Shown: positions 31,076 through 41,680, counted from the first letter of the stretch. The stretch is 64,000 nucleotides of DNA from Spirochaetia bacterium (GCA_965199955.1 CBDATQ010000001.1:1856001-1920000), one strand, 5' to 3'. Notes: a model not told the origin generated them from the letters alone. Program-made: numbers and translations.

Positions 31076-32752
31076 GTGGCCGCGATGCAGGACGGCACCG
31101 TGGAGTTGCGCGAGCCGATCGAGCGCGCCATGGGCTACGTCGAGCGCTGGGCGGCGCCGCTGGCGGAGCTGGACGCGGCCGCCGCGGTCGCCGGCGGCGA
31201 TGACCGCTACATCGCGGAGGACCTCACCCACAACGCCGGCCGCGCCCTCGACGCCCTGCTCAAGGGGCGGGAAGCGACCGGCCGCGCGGTCGACAGCGCG
31301 GTGCTCGCCGCCCTGCGCCGCGTCCTGTTCGCGACCCTGGACAACCCGACCGGCTTCCCCGCCGCCTGGTGCCGCCTGGCCGACTTCTACTACGACGGCC
31401 AGCATCCCGGCATGACCTGCTCGCCGCACAACATCCGCGAGGCGGTGCAGGCGCTCGTGGAGTTGTACCGCGCCGACGGCGACCAGGAGGCTCGGCGCCG
31501 GCTCGGCGCGCTCCTCGACTCGCTGATGGCGATCACCGACGACGGCGGCCTGTTCCGCGCCGACCGGATCGCGGCGGAGCCGTTGCTGAGCGGCGCGGTT
31601 CCGTTCGTCGACCACCAGGTGATCGGCGAGTTCTACCAGTCCTGCACGCAGAACCGGGGCCGGCTGATCATGGCGCTCACCCAGGCCTACCGGGCGCTCG
31701 GCGATCCCCGTGCCCTGGAGCTGGCGCAGCGTTTCGTCCGCCTGGTGCGCGCGGAGGCGTTCACGGAGGACGGCCACCTGACCCACCTCGCCGGCAATCA
31801 CACCCACTCGATCACCGGCACCGTGCACGGGTTGGCCGACTGGGGGCTGCTGGCCGGTGACCTGGACACCCTCGACCACGCCCGCCGCATCATGCAGGCG
31901 GGGCTGCCGCCGACCTGCTCCAGCTTCGGCTGGTCGATTGAGGGCGCGTGGCGGGAGGCCATCCCCGGCCGGGGCGAGGTCAACAACACCGGCGACATGG
32001 TGCAGGCCGCGCTGATCCTGGGCCGCGCCGGCTGGCCCGGCTTCTTCGAGTCGGCCGAGCGCATGATCCGCAGCCACGTGCTGCCGTCGCAGTGGCGGGT
32101 TGGCGGCCAACGGGGGGCTGGCGGCCAACCCTACCGCCAGCCGGCCGACGACCCGAAGAACCCGCCGCCGCGGGTGCCGGACGCCGAGGACGGCGGCTGG
32201 GGATGCCCGGCGGTCAACGACCGCTACGGCGGCTCGCGCTTCGGTGTCCTGGACATCACGCAGGGCGGCATCCAGTGCCTGTGGGCGGCGATCCGCGACG
32301 GCATCGCCCAGGACGACTTCGGCACGGCCGTGCACCTGCTGTTCTCGAACCGGGTCCCGTCGCTGCAGGTGGACAGCGGCCTGCCGGGGCGGGGCCTCCT
32401 GCGCATTGCCACAGAGGCGTCGGAACGGGCACCGGCCACGCTGCGGGTCCGCCGGCCGAGCTGGCTGGACGGCGGCCGGCTGGCCGTGCGGCGCGACGGC
32501 GTAGCGGAGCGGCCGTCTCTGACCGAGCACTGGATGATCGTCCCGGTGGCCGGCCCCGCTACCGTCGAGATCACGTTCCCGGTGACAAGGCGCGGCGGCA
32601 CCGAGTGGGTGAACCACCGGCCCTGGCACGTGGTCTGGGACGGCGACCAGGTGGTGGCCATGGATCCGAAGGGGGAGTGCGCGCCGATGTACCCGAGCGC
32701 CGCCGAGTTGAACGGCCGGACGGCACCCGGTACCGGCCCAGGCGGCGGGTGA
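31076..32752 (+). CDS. Hypothetical (alpha/alpha)6-barrel protein, distant GH127-like architecture
   Basis: Helical N-region with NHTHS and GEVNNTGD, then a beta-sandwich (VHLLF, LRVRRPSW, VEITFPV). Confidence 0.5.
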   Translation: MAAMQDGTVELREPIERAMGYVERWAAPLAELDAAAAVAGGDDRYIAEDLTHNAGRALDALLKGREATGRAVDSAVLAALRRVLFATLDNPTGFPAAWCRLADFYYDGQHPGMTCSPHNIREAVQALVELYRADGDQEARRRLGALLDSLMAITDDGGLFRADRIAAEPLLSGAVPFVDHQVIGEFYQSCTQNRGRLIMALTQAYRALGDPRALELAQRFVRLVRAEAFTEDGHLTHLAGNHTHSITGTVHGLADWGLLAGDLDTLDHARRIMQAGLPPTCSSFGWSIEGAWREAIPGRGEVNNTGDMVQAALILGRAGWPGFFESAERMIRSHVLPSQWRVGGQRGAGGQPYRQPADDPKNPPPRVPDAEDGGWGCPAVNDRYGGSRFGVLDITQGGIQCLWAAIRDGIAQDDFGTAVHLLFSNRVPSLQVDSGLPGRGLLRIATEASERAPATLRVRRPSWLDGGRLAVRRDGVAERPSLTEHWMIVPVAGPATVEITFPVTRRGGTEWVNHRPWHVVWDGDQVVAMDPKGECAPMYPSAAELNGRTAPGTGPGGG

Positions 32753-32825
32753 TCGGCGCCGCGCACGTTGGCGGACACCGGGCACTGGTGGCGGTGCTAA
32801 GATGCGCCGCGATCCGCGAAGCACG

Positions 32826-33542
32826 ATGACGAGCGAAGCACGGGAGACGTTGATCGAAGCCGAGGACCTCACCAGGGTGTTCGGCGCCGGCGCCGAGAAG
32901 GTGAACGCGCTCAGGGGCGTGTCGATCTCGGTCCGGACCGGCTGCTTCGTGCTGCTTCGCGGCCGTTCGGGCTCCGGCAAGACCACGCTGCTCAACCTGC
33001 TGGGCGGACTCGATCGGCCAACCAGCGGCACCGTGAAGGTGGACGGACGCGACCTGCAGGCCATGAGCGGCGGGCAGCGCAACCGCTGGCGGCGCGACAC
33101 GGCGGCCTTCGTGTTTCAGGCGCTCGCGCTGCTGCCCGGGCTCACCGCGCTGGAGAACGTCGACCTGCCGCTGCGCATCGCGGGGGTGGATCCCCGCACC
33201 GCCGCCGCCAGAGCGCGGGAGCAGCTCGAACGGGTGGGCCTCGGGCCGCGCGCCCACCACCGCGTGTTCGAGCTGTCCGGCGGCGAGCAGCAGCGCGTCG
33301 CCATGGCCCGCGCCCTGGTCAAGCAGCCGGCGGTGCTGTTCGCCGACGAGCCGACCGGCGAGCTCGACCAGGGATCGGGCGCCACTGTGCTGCAGCTCCT
33401 CCGTTCCGCGGTCGAAGAACGGCGCATGACGGCCGTGGTTACCAGCCACGACCACCTGGCGACCGGCTACGCCGACCGGGTGTACGCGATCGCGGACGGC
33501 ATGCTGCATCAGGTCGAACCGCCAGAGGCCGGCACGTCGTGA
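32826..33542 (+). CDS. ABC ATP-binding protein (LolD/MacB-type)
   Basis: GRSGSGKTT, LSGGEQQRV, FADEPTGELD, SHD. Confidence 0.92.
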   Translation: MTSEARETLIEAEDLTRVFGAGAEKVNALRGVSISVRTGCFVLLRGRSGSGKTTLLNLLGGLDRPTSGTVKVDGRDLQAMSGGQRNRWRRDTAAFVFQALALLPGLTALENVDLPLRIAGVDPRTAAARAREQLERVGLGPRAHHRVFELSGGEQQRVAMARALVKQPAVLFADEPTGELDQGSGATVLQLLRSAVEERRMTAVVTSHDHLATGYADRVYAIADGMLHQVEPPEAGTS

Positions 33543-34582
33543 GGGTGATCGCGGCGTCTCCGCGCCGCTTCGTGCTGCTCGCCGTTCGCGGGGCGCTCGC
33601 GGTGCTCGGCGTGGCCGTCTTCGCCGTGCTCGCGGGCTGCGGCCCGGAGGCCGACGATCTGGAGTTGCCGGCCGAGCTGTCGGAGCTGGGCGCCCGCGCA
33701 TCGGCGCCCACCTACCCCGTGGAGCGGAGCGATCTGGCCGTCGTGATCGAGCGGGTGGCGCGCGTGCAGTCGGTGCGGCTGCAGGAGCTGTACTTCCAGG
33801 AGGGCGGCCGGCTGGCGGAGCTCAACGTCGGCACCGGCGACCAGGTGACGCAGGGGCAGATCCTGGCGCGGGTCGCCAGCGGCCCGCTTCAGCACAGCTT
33901 GCGCCTGGCCGAGATCGACCTGGAGATCGACCGTTTGCGGGCGGCCTCGCAGGGTCCGGGCTCCTCCAGCGTCGACCGGCAGATCCGGCAGCTCGAGTTG
34001 ACCAAGCGCGAGGCGGCGGTCGACTTCCTGCGGCGGCGCGTGGAAGCGCACACCATCCGCGCCCCCTACGACGGCGTGATCACCAGGGTGAACCCGGTGG
34101 TGGACGAGGTCGTCGAGGGCTACCGCACCATTATCGAGATCGCCGATCCACAGGACCTGGAGCTGCAGATGGATGTCAGCGTGGACCAGTTCGACCGGAT
34201 GGCGGTCGGGCAGTCGGCGGAGGTCGAGATCAGCAGGGGCACCTGGGCGCCGGGCACGGTGTCGCGGCTTACCAGCCGCACTTCGGGCCGCGATGCCGCC
34301 CTGCGGCGCGAGGAGTACGTCGTGCACCTGCGGCTGGACGAAGCCGACGCGGTGTCGTTCCGCATGGGCGCCCGCCACGCGGCCCGCGTGCTGGTCGACT
34401 TCCGCCAGGACACGCTGCTGATTCCCATCTCGACCCTGCGCGAGTTCCAGGGCCGGACCTACGTGCGCGTCCTGGAAGGGGTGCAGCGGCGCGAGGTGGA
34501 CGTGAAGGTCGGTGTCCGCACCGACACGCGCGTGGAGATCCTGGAGGGCCTGGAGTCCGGGCAGACCGTCATCGGCAAGTGA
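33539..34582 (+). CDS. Membrane-fusion (MacA/HlyD-like) adaptor lipoprotein
   Basis: Lipobox LAGC; VGTGDQVTQGQILA; IRAPYDGVI; VEILEGLESGQTV. Confidence 0.88.
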   Translation: MRVIAASPRRFVLLAVRGALAVLGVAVFAVLAGCGPEADDLELPAELSELGARASAPTYPVERSDLAVVIERVARVQSVRLQELYFQEGGRLAELNVGTGDQVTQGQILARVASGPLQHSLRLAEIDLEIDRLRAASQGPGSSSVDRQIRQLELTKREAAVDFLRRRVEAHTIRAPYDGVITRVNPVVDEVVEGYRTIIEIADPQDLELQMDVSVDQFDRMAVGQSAEVEISRGTWAPGTVSRLTSRTSGRDAALRREEYVVHLRLDEADAVSFRMGARHAARVLVDFRQDTLLIPISTLREFQGRTYVRVLEGVQRREVDVKVGVRTDTRVEILEGLESGQTVIGK

Positions 34583-34699
34583 CGGTGCATTTCCCCGTGT
34601 GGCGACAGCGGCGACGCGCGCCTGACGCGATGATGAATCCTGTACGGAGAGCGTCATGCGCCGGCCCCGGGCGGGAACGCACCGTCAAGTGAGGGTGAG

Positions 34700-37618
34700 G
34701 TGATCCTGCAGTCGGCCAAGGTCGGCCGCTTCGTGCTTGCGCTCCTGTTGATCACGTGCAAGCGGATTGCCAAGAACTGGCGCATGGTGACGCCGCTGTT
34801 GCTGGGACTGGTTCTGGCATCCGCGTTCGTGGCCGCGGTGCCGATCTACTCCGCGGCAAGCCTGCAGCGCAGCTTCATCCAGCACTGGCGCGAGCAGGAC
34901 AGCTTTCGCGCCCCGTTCGCAGTGATCCCGTCGCACCGCAATCCGCGCCGCAAGCTGGCGGTGGAGCCCGCGCGGATCGCCGAGCTGGAGCGCTATCTCG
35001 GCGACGCGCTGCAGGCGGCGGCGGGCCACCCGCCGGAGAGCGTCTCGTCCTACAAGACGTTCGGCGTCGACTTCCTGATGCTCTCCGCGGATGCCGAGCC
35101 GGGAGGCCGCGTCACGCGCGCGGAGCTCGGCGTCATGAGCAACCTGCAGGAGCACGCGGACCTGGTCGACGGCCGCTGGTTCAGCGACCGCTCCGACGGC
35201 GTGGTCGAGGTGGTGGTCGGCGGACGCACGCTGGACGAGCTGGAGCTGCTGGTCGGGGCGCGCTACTGGTGGGCGTACGGCCTGCGGGAAGATGAGGAGA
35301 TCGATCCGGAGGCCGGCATCGACATCCGCACCCTGCAGGGACAGCGCTTTGCCGTCGTCCCGGTCGAGGTGGTCGGTCTGGTGCGTCCGCGGCCGGGCCT
35401 GACCTCACGCGAATGGATCTACCCGCTGCTGCCGGACCGCCTGTTCATCCGCGGCGAGCCGTTCGCGCGCATGCAGGAGGCGGGCCTGCGCGTCGATCGT
35501 GCCGACTGGCAGTGGGTGTTCGACGACCGGCGGGTGCAGGTCGCCGACGTCGGCCGCCTGATCGCGCACCTGGAAGCGATCGAAGTTCGCATGGCCGAGC
35601 TGATCCCCGACACCGAGTTCTGGCTGTCGCCGCTGGATTTCTTTCGCGGATTCAAGCGGATCCTGGACCAGGTATCGCTGTTCCTGCTGTCCCTGGCGGC
35701 GCCGACGCTGGCCATGATCGTCGCCTACGTGATGCTGATGGCGGCGCTCAGCGTCGAGCAGCGCATCGCGGAAGTGGCCACGCTGCACAGCCGCGGCGCC
35801 GGGCGGCTGCAGGTGCTGGCCAGCTTCGCGCTGGAGTGGGCGGTCCTGGCCGCCGTGGCGGCAATGATCGGCCCGCACGTGGGGCTGATCGCCGCACGCG
35901 CGGTCGGCTCGACCGAGGGATTCCTGGGCTTCGCGGCGATCGCCGGCGCCGCCGGCGATGCCGGTTCCGGCCTGCCGCTGGCGGTCACCCGGCAGGCCCG
36001 CTGGTTCGCGGCGCTGGCGAGCGTGCTGGCGGTGGCCGCCGCGGTGGGGCCGGCCGCCGCGGGCGGCCGGCTGTCGGTGGTCACCCTCAGGCAGCTTCGC
36101 GCGCGCGGCATGCGCCGCTCGTTCTGGCACCGCTACTTCATCGACGTGATCGTGATCGGGGTCGGCTTCTACGGCTACTCCAGCCTGCGCTGGCAGTCGA
36201 TCCGCCTGGCGCCGGATGCCACCGTCGAAGCCGACCCGCTGCTGTTCATGGTCCCGGTGCTCTTCTTCCTGGGCTTCGGGCTGGTGCTGCTGCGGCTGTT
36301 TCCGCTGGCGATGGCGGCGCTGAGCCGGCTGACCGCCGTCGTGCGCGGGGTGGTGTGGCAGCTCAGCTTCCGCCGGCTGGCGCGCAACACCGGGCCGTTC
36401 GTCTCCGTGGTGGTGCTGCTGATCGTCACCGTGGCGATGGGCATCTACAACGGTTCGGCGGCGCGCACCCTGCAGCTCAACATCGCCGACCGGATCCGCT
36501 ACCTGGTGGGCGCGGAGGTGGTGGTCATCGAGTCGTGGATCCCGCCGGACCCCGAGAACCCGGAACCGGCGCGGCGGCGGGAGGACCCGCGGCCGGTCGC
36601 CGCGAGCGAGCCGCCGTGGGTGGCGCGCGCCGAGATACCCGGCGTGGAGGCGATGGCGCGCGTGCTCTACCGCCGGGCGGAGGGGCGCAGGGGATCGCGG
36701 CAGCTCGGCGCGTTCAACCTGATGGCCTTGGCGCCGCAGGAGTTCGTGCACGCGGCGTGGCAGCGGGACGACCTGCTGCCGTATCCGTTCACGGACTACC
36801 TGGCGGCGCTGGCTCGCCACCGGGAGGGGGTGCTGATCAGCCGGTGGCTGGCCGGACGCTACGACCTGGGACCGGGGGACGCCTTCACCATCGAGTACCA
36901 GAACCAGCCGATCGAGGTGTACGTCGTCGCCGTGATCCCCTACTGGCCGGCGCTCGATCCGTCCGACCGCGCGTTCGTGGTGGCCAACCTCGCGCACGTA
37001 CAGGACTTCACCGTGCTGGAGCCGTACGAGAGCTGGTACACCGTGAACGAGGAAGAGATGATCTCGCCGGACGGCCTGACCGGGGTGGACCTCCTGGTCG
37101 ACGAGCTCTCTTCGATCGGCGTGATCGCCGAGCGGGTCATGGACACCCGCGGGCAGCTCGCCGAGCTGCAGCGCGAGCCCTACCGCCGCGGCTTCTTCGG
37201 CGTGCTGTCGCTGGGCTTCGTCGCGGCGGCGGCGGTGACGGTGCTGGCGCTGCTGGTCTCCACCATCTCCGCGACGCGGGAGCAGTCCGTGCAGCTCGTC
37301 GCCCTGCGCGCCAACGGCCTGTCGGCGCTGCAGACTACCGGCGTGCTGGCAGTGGAGCGCCTGTTGACCGTCGGCGTGGGCGTGGGGCTCGGCGTCGCGG
37401 GCGCGCGCATCGCGTCGCTGCTGTTCCTGCCGCTCCTGCGCGACCGCGCCGCGGAGGTGTCGACCGTGCCGCCGTACCTGGTGGTGAGCGACGTGGCCGA
37501 CCTCACCGCGCTGCTGCTGGTGGTGGCCGCCGCGCTGGCGGCCGCGGTGGTGGCGGTGGCCATGTTCATCGGCCGGCGCCAGGTGGCCGGCGCCGTACGC
37601 CTGGGAGAGGAGCCGTGA
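34700..37618 (+). CDS. Large FtsX/MacB-like ABC permease
   Basis: Two FtsX-like repeats ([20 protein letters not shown]) with large extracytoplasmic loops. Confidence 0.85.
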   Translation: MILQSAKVGRFVLALLLITCKRIAKNWRMVTPLLLGLVLASAFVAAVPIYSAASLQRSFIQHWREQDSFRAPFAVIPSHRNPRRKLAVEPARIAELERYLGDALQAAAGHPPESVSSYKTFGVDFLMLSADAEPGGRVTRAELGVMSNLQEHADLVDGRWFSDRSDGVVEVVVGGRTLDELELLVGARYWWAYGLREDEEIDPEAGIDIRTLQGQRFAVVPVEVVGLVRPRPGLTSREWIYPLLPDRLFIRGEPFARMQEAGLRVDRADWQWVFDDRRVQVADVGRLIAHLEAIEVRMAELIPDTEFWLSPLDFFRGFKRILDQVSLFLLSLAAPTLAMIVAYVMLMAALSVEQRIAEVATLHSRGAGRLQVLASFALEWAVLAAVAAMIGPHVGLIAARAVGSTEGFLGFAAIAGAAGDAGSGLPLAVTRQARWFAALASVLAVAAAVGPAAAGGRLSVVTLRQLRARGMRRSFWHRYFIDVIVIGVGFYGYSSLRWQSIRLAPDATVEADPLLFMVPVLFFLGFGLVLLRLFPLAMAALSRLTAVVRGVVWQLSFRRLARNTGPFVSVVVLLIVTVAMGIYNGSAARTLQLNIADRIRYLVGAEVVVIESWIPPDPENPEPARRREDPRPVAASEPPWVARAEIPGVEAMARVLYRRAEGRRGSRQLGAFNLMALAPQEFVHAAWQRDDLLPYPFTDYLAALARHREGVLISRWLAGRYDLGPGDAFTIEYQNQPIEVYVVAVIPYWPALDPSDRAFVVANLAHVQDFTVLEPYESWYTVNEEEMISPDGLTGVDLLVDELSSIGVIAERVMDTRGQLAELQREPYRRGFFGVLSLGFVAAAAVTVLALLVSTISATREQSVQLVALRANGLSALQTTGVLAVERLLTVGVGVGLGVAGARIASLLFLPLLRDRAAEVSTVPPYLVVSDVADLTALLLVVAAALAAAVVAVAMFIGRRQVAGAVRLGEEP

Positions 37619-38559
37619 GCGATCCGACCGATGCCCGGGCGATCCGCTGCGCCGGCCTGATCAAGATCTACAAGATCGAGGACATCGAGGTGGTCGCTCT
37701 GCAGGGGCTGGACCTGGAGGTGGGTCGCGGCGAGCTGATGGGGATCATCGGCCCCAGCGGCAGCGGCAAGACCACGCTGATGAGCGTGCTGGGCGGGCTG
37801 GACACGCCGTCGGCCGGCCGCGCGTGGGTCTCCGGCATCGACCTGGTGGCGCTCAACGACCGGCAGCGGCTCCGCTACCGCCGCCGGGACGTGGGCTTCG
37901 TCTGGCAGAACACCGCGCGCAACCTGATCCCGTACCTGACCGCCGTGGAGAACGTCGAGCTGGCCATGATGGTGGCCGGCCGCTTCGACCGGCCGCGCGC
38001 GCTGGAGCTGCTGCGCCTGGTCGGGTTGGGCCACCGTACCCGCCACCGGCCGCAGGCCATGTCCACGGGCGAGCAGCAGCGCGTGGCAGTCGCCATCGCC
38101 CTGGCCAACGAGCCGCACGTGCTGCTGGCCGACGAGCCGACCGGATCGCTGGACGATGAGAATGCTGCCCGCCTGCTGACCCTGTTCGACACCGTGCGGC
38201 GCGAGCTCGGCGTCACGGTCGTGATCGTCACCCACGACACCAACGTGGCCGGGTCGCTGGACCGCTACGTGGCGATCCGCGACGGCAAGACCGCCGCCGA
38301 GGCGGTGCGCCTGTCCGACCCGCGTCCGTCCAATCGGGAGGTCGCGGAGGACGGTGTGGAGGGAGCCGCGGACCCGGACGAGACCGCCGACACCCCTCCC
38401 GACGCCGATGCACCGAGCCACGACCACTTCGTGCTGCTCGACTCGGCCGGCCGCATGCAGGTCCCGGAGGAGCTGCGCGGCCGCTACGGCATCGGCGGGC
38501 GGGTGCGGCTGGTGGAGGAAGAGGGCCGGCTGGTGATCGAGCCCCCCGGCGACGGCTGA
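37615..38559 (+). CDS. ABC ATP-binding protein with C-terminal AbrB/SpoVT-like domain
   Basis: GPSGSGKTT, MSTGEQQRV, LADEPTG; C-terminus VLLDSAGRMQVPEELRGRYGIGGRVRLVEEEGRLVIEP. Confidence 0.88.
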   Translation: MSDPTDARAIRCAGLIKIYKIEDIEVVALQGLDLEVGRGELMGIIGPSGSGKTTLMSVLGGLDTPSAGRAWVSGIDLVALNDRQRLRYRRRDVGFVWQNTARNLIPYLTAVENVELAMMVAGRFDRPRALELLRLVGLGHRTRHRPQAMSTGEQQRVAVAIALANEPHVLLADEPTGSLDDENAARLLTLFDTVRRELGVTVVIVTHDTNVAGSLDRYVAIRDGKTAAEAVRLSDPRPSNREVAEDGVEGAADPDETADTPPDADAPSHDHFVLLDSAGRMQVPEELRGRYGIGGRVRLVEEEGRLVIEPPGDG

Positions 38560-38661
38560 TCGACGGCGGCGTCGCGGCACCGCCTGTCCCCATGGGTTGA
38601 TCCGGCCCTCCGGGACGGGGTACAACTCCCGCTGAACGACACTCTCACCGGAGGTTTCGCA

Positions 38662-40626
38662 ATGCTAGGACGATACTCTCGAGGTAGAACCCCGTGGTTT
38701 CTACTCATCGCGGCGATCGCGCTGCTGCTGACGCCGCTCGCGGCATCCGCCGACGGCTTCCCACAGGTCTACGAGCTGGGCGCCTGGGAGGCGGAGTCCG
38801 GCCCGCTGACCCTGTCGGAATCGCCGATGACTCAGGCGATGGTCGACGCCGGTGACCTGCCACCGCTCGCCGAGCGCATCCCGGCCGAACCGGTCGTGAT
38901 CGTGCCGACCGAAGAGGTAGGCAGCTACGGCGGCACGATGAACTTTCTCACCGACGGCGGCAGCGGCTGGACGGACAACTGGTTCCTGTACGAGTTCCCG
39001 GCGGTCCTGACCCCGGACCTCGCACAGATCGTGCCCAACACGCTGGCCGGCTGGGAGGCGAACGACGACGCGAGCACCTGGACCCTCTACCTGCGCGAGG
39101 GCATCCGCTGGAGCGACGGCACGCCGCACACCGCCGACGACTGGCTGTTCTACTGGAACGACATGGCCCTCAACACGGACATGTTCGCCAGCGGCATGTC
39201 CTTCGTGGACGGCGCCGAGGAGCCGGGCGAGATTCGCAAGATCGACGACTACACGATTCAGATCTCCTTCGACGAGCCGCGCGGCACGCTCATCGAGCAG
39301 ATGACCTTCCTGCGGCCCACGCCCTACCTGCCCGCGCACTACCTGAAGCAGTTCCACCCCACCTACACCGACATGAGCGAGATCGAGAAGGAGATCAAGG
39401 AACGCGGCCTGGAGACCTGGACCGACGTGATGAACCAGGAGTGGAAGCAGGAGAGCCTGTCGGTCAACCGGCCGTACCTGACGTCCTGGGTGCCGGCCAA
39501 CTCCTACAAGGACCCGATCTTCACCCTGAAGCGCAACCCCTATTACTTCAAGGTGGACTCGGCCGGCAACCAGCTCCCGTACATCGACCAGATCGACATG
39601 GAGAGCATCCAGGGCGCCGGCGAGGCGTTCTTCCTCAAGTCCATCTCCGGCGACGTCGACTGGTTCCTCACCGGCGCCTTCGGAGGCCTGGACAGCCTGC
39701 CGCTGGCCGTGCACAAGGGCATCGAGAACGACTTCCGCATCATCGAGCCGATCCCGAACTGCGCCAACTCGGTCGGCACGACCTGGTTCAACCTGTTCCA
39801 CCCCGACCCCGGGATGCGCGAGGTGCTCCGCAACAAGGACTTCCGCCTGGGGCTGTCCCACTCGGTCAACCGCGACGAGGTCAACCAGCTCCTGTTCAAG
39901 GGCGCGGGCACCATCGCCAACCCGACGTTCGTGTTCGGGCCTCCCTACCACGGCGAGCGCTTCGCGCAGGTCGGCCTGGAGTACGACGTGGAGCTGGCCA
40001 ACAGCCTGCTCGACCGGGCGGGGCTGGACAAGCGCGACTCCGAGGGCTTCCGCCTGCGTCCGGACGGCGAACGGATGCGCATCCTGCTCTCCATCCCGAA
40101 CAAGTGGTCGCTCCTGGCCAGCGAGGCGGCGGAGCTGTACGACGGCTACTGGGAGGCGGTCGGCGTCGAGGTGCAGCCCACCGTCGTCGAGTGGTCGACC
40201 TTCTGGTCACAGCTCGACAACAGCGAGCACGACGTGGCCATTCACGCCAACTGCATGGGCGGGCGGATCGTCAATCCGCTGTTCCGGGCCGACTTCGGCG
40301 CCGTCACGCGCTGGCGCTTCGCTCAGGAGTGGTACCAGTGGATCGCCAGCGACGGAGCCGAGGGCGAGGAGCCGCCGGAGGCGTTCAAGCGCTACCGGGC
40401 GATCCGCGACCAGGCGGTGCAGGAGCCGGATGAGGCCAAGCGCATCGCGGCCGTGCAGGAGATGATAGGGATCCTCTACGACGAGCTGTTCGTCACCTTC
40501 GGCACGGTGGTGCCGCCGAACCTGCGCGGCTACCAGATAGCCACGAACCGCCTGCGCAACGTGCCGAATCCGCAGCAGTCGACCGGCATCTTCAACATTC
40601 CGGCGCAGTTCTACCTGCGCATGTAG
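38662..40626 (+). CDS. ABC substrate-binding protein, family 5
   Basis: Signal peptide (AASA), LPPLAERIPAEP, YGG, LREGIRWSDGTPHTADD, RNPYYFKVDSAGNQLPYID. Confidence 0.93.
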   Translation: MLGRYSRGRTPWFLLIAAIALLLTPLAASADGFPQVYELGAWEAESGPLTLSESPMTQAMVDAGDLPPLAERIPAEPVVIVPTEEVGSYGGTMNFLTDGGSGWTDNWFLYEFPAVLTPDLAQIVPNTLAGWEANDDASTWTLYLREGIRWSDGTPHTADDWLFYWNDMALNTDMFASGMSFVDGAEEPGEIRKIDDYTIQISFDEPRGTLIEQMTFLRPTPYLPAHYLKQFHPTYTDMSEIEKEIKERGLETWTDVMNQEWKQESLSVNRPYLTSWVPANSYKDPIFTLKRNPYYFKVDSAGNQLPYIDQIDMESIQGAGEAFFLKSISGDVDWFLTGAFGGLDSLPLAVHKGIENDFRIIEPIPNCANSVGTTWFNLFHPDPGMREVLRNKDFRLGLSHSVNRDEVNQLLFKGAGTIANPTFVFGPPYHGERFAQVGLEYDVELANSLLDRAGLDKRDSEGFRLRPDGERMRILLSIPNKWSLLASEAAELYDGYWEAVGVEVQPTVVEWSTFWSQLDNSEHDVAIHANCMGGRIVNPLFRADFGAVTRWRFAQEWYQWIASDGAEGEEPPEAFKRYRAIRDQAVQEPDEAKRIAAVQEMIGILYDELFVTFGTVVPPNLRGYQIATNRLRNVPNPQQSTGIFNIPAQFYLRM

Positions 40627-40650
40627 CGGCCGGATTTCACGGATAGGATA

Positions 40651-40684
40651 GAAGGAGGGGCGCGCGCCCCTCCTTCGCTTTCTC
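40651..40684 (+). terminator. Perfect 26-bp palindrome with short T-tract after the SBP gene
   Basis: GAAGGAGGGGCGCGCGCCCCTCCTTC then GCTTTCTC. Confidence 0.65.
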
Positions 40685-40691
40685 ACGGCGG

Positions 40692-41675
40692 ATGCTGCCC
40701 TTCATCGCCCGCCGCACGGCGCTCATGGTGCCGGTGCTGCTGGCCGTCTCGCTCCTCAGCTTCATCATCATCGAGTTGCCGCCCGGCGACTACTTCAGCT
40801 ACTACATCGAGCGCCTCTACGCCCAGGGCGAGGTGGTCGACGAGTCCCTGATCGAGTCGTTGCGCATGCAGTACGGCGTCGATGGGCCGCTCGCCATCCA
40901 GTACCTGAAGTGGCTGAGCAAGGTCGTGCGCGGCGACCTGGGCCGCTCGCTCTCAGGCGAGCTCGTGATCGTGATCGTGCGCGAGCGCCTGCCCTGGAGC
41001 ATCCTGATCACGGCGGTCTCGTTCGTGTTCGTGCACGTGGTCGGCATCCCCATCGGCGTGCTGTCGGCCACGAAGCAGTACTCGATCCGCGATTACGTCG
41101 CGACCTTCATCGGCTTCATCGGCCTGGCGGTGCCCAACTTCCTGCTGGCGCTGGTGATGGTCTGGGCGTGGTTCGCCTGGACCGGCCAGGTGCAGATCGG
41201 CCTGTTCTCGCGCGAGTACGCGATGGCGCCGTGGAGTCCGGCGAGGATCTGGGACCTGCTCAAGCACCTGATCATCCCCGCCGTCGTGATCGGCACGGCC
41301 GGCACGGCCGGCACCATCCGCAGCATCCGCGCCAACCTCCTGGACGAGCTGCAGAAGACCTACGTAACGGTGGCCCGCGCCAAGGGGCTGTCGGAGACGC
41401 GGGTGCTTTACAAGTACCCGTTCCGGATCGCGGTCAACCCCTGGGCCAGCACCATCGGCTGGCTGCTGCCCAGCTTGGTGAGCGGCGAGGTGCTGGTGTC
41501 GCTGGTGCTCGGCTTTCCGACCCTGGGGCCGATCCTGCTGGACGCGCTGCTCGGTCAGGACCTGTTCCTGGCCTCCAGCATCATCATGATCCTGAGCACC
41601 CTGACCGTGATCGGCACGCTGGTCTCCGACATCGTCCTGGCGTGGCTGGATCCGCGCATCCGCCAGTCGGTGTGA
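40692..41675 (+). CDS. Opp/Dpp-type ABC permease (B subunit)
   Basis: IELPPGDY, GDLGRSL, YVTVARAKGL, LDPRIR. Confidence 0.93.
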   Translation: MLPFIARRTALMVPVLLAVSLLSFIIIELPPGDYFSYYIERLYAQGEVVDESLIESLRMQYGVDGPLAIQYLKWLSKVVRGDLGRSLSGELVIVIVRERLPWSILITAVSFVFVHVVGIPIGVLSATKQYSIRDYVATFIGFIGLAVPNFLLALVMVWAWFAWTGQVQIGLFSREYAMAPWSPARIWDLLKHLIIPAVVIGTAGTAGTIRSIRANLLDELQKTYVTVARAKGLSETRVLYKYPFRIAVNPWASTIGWLLPSLVSGEVLVSLVLGFPTLGPILLDALLGQDLFLASSIIMILSTLTVIGTLVSDIVLAWLDPRIRQSV

Positions 41676-41680
41676 GCGGC

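Noticed and set aside
35413..37614. Apparent 1048-aa protein ending in an ABC ATPase
   Set aside because: The upstream part is an Arg/Gly/Ala-rich off-frame read of the permease; the real start is GTG 37615.
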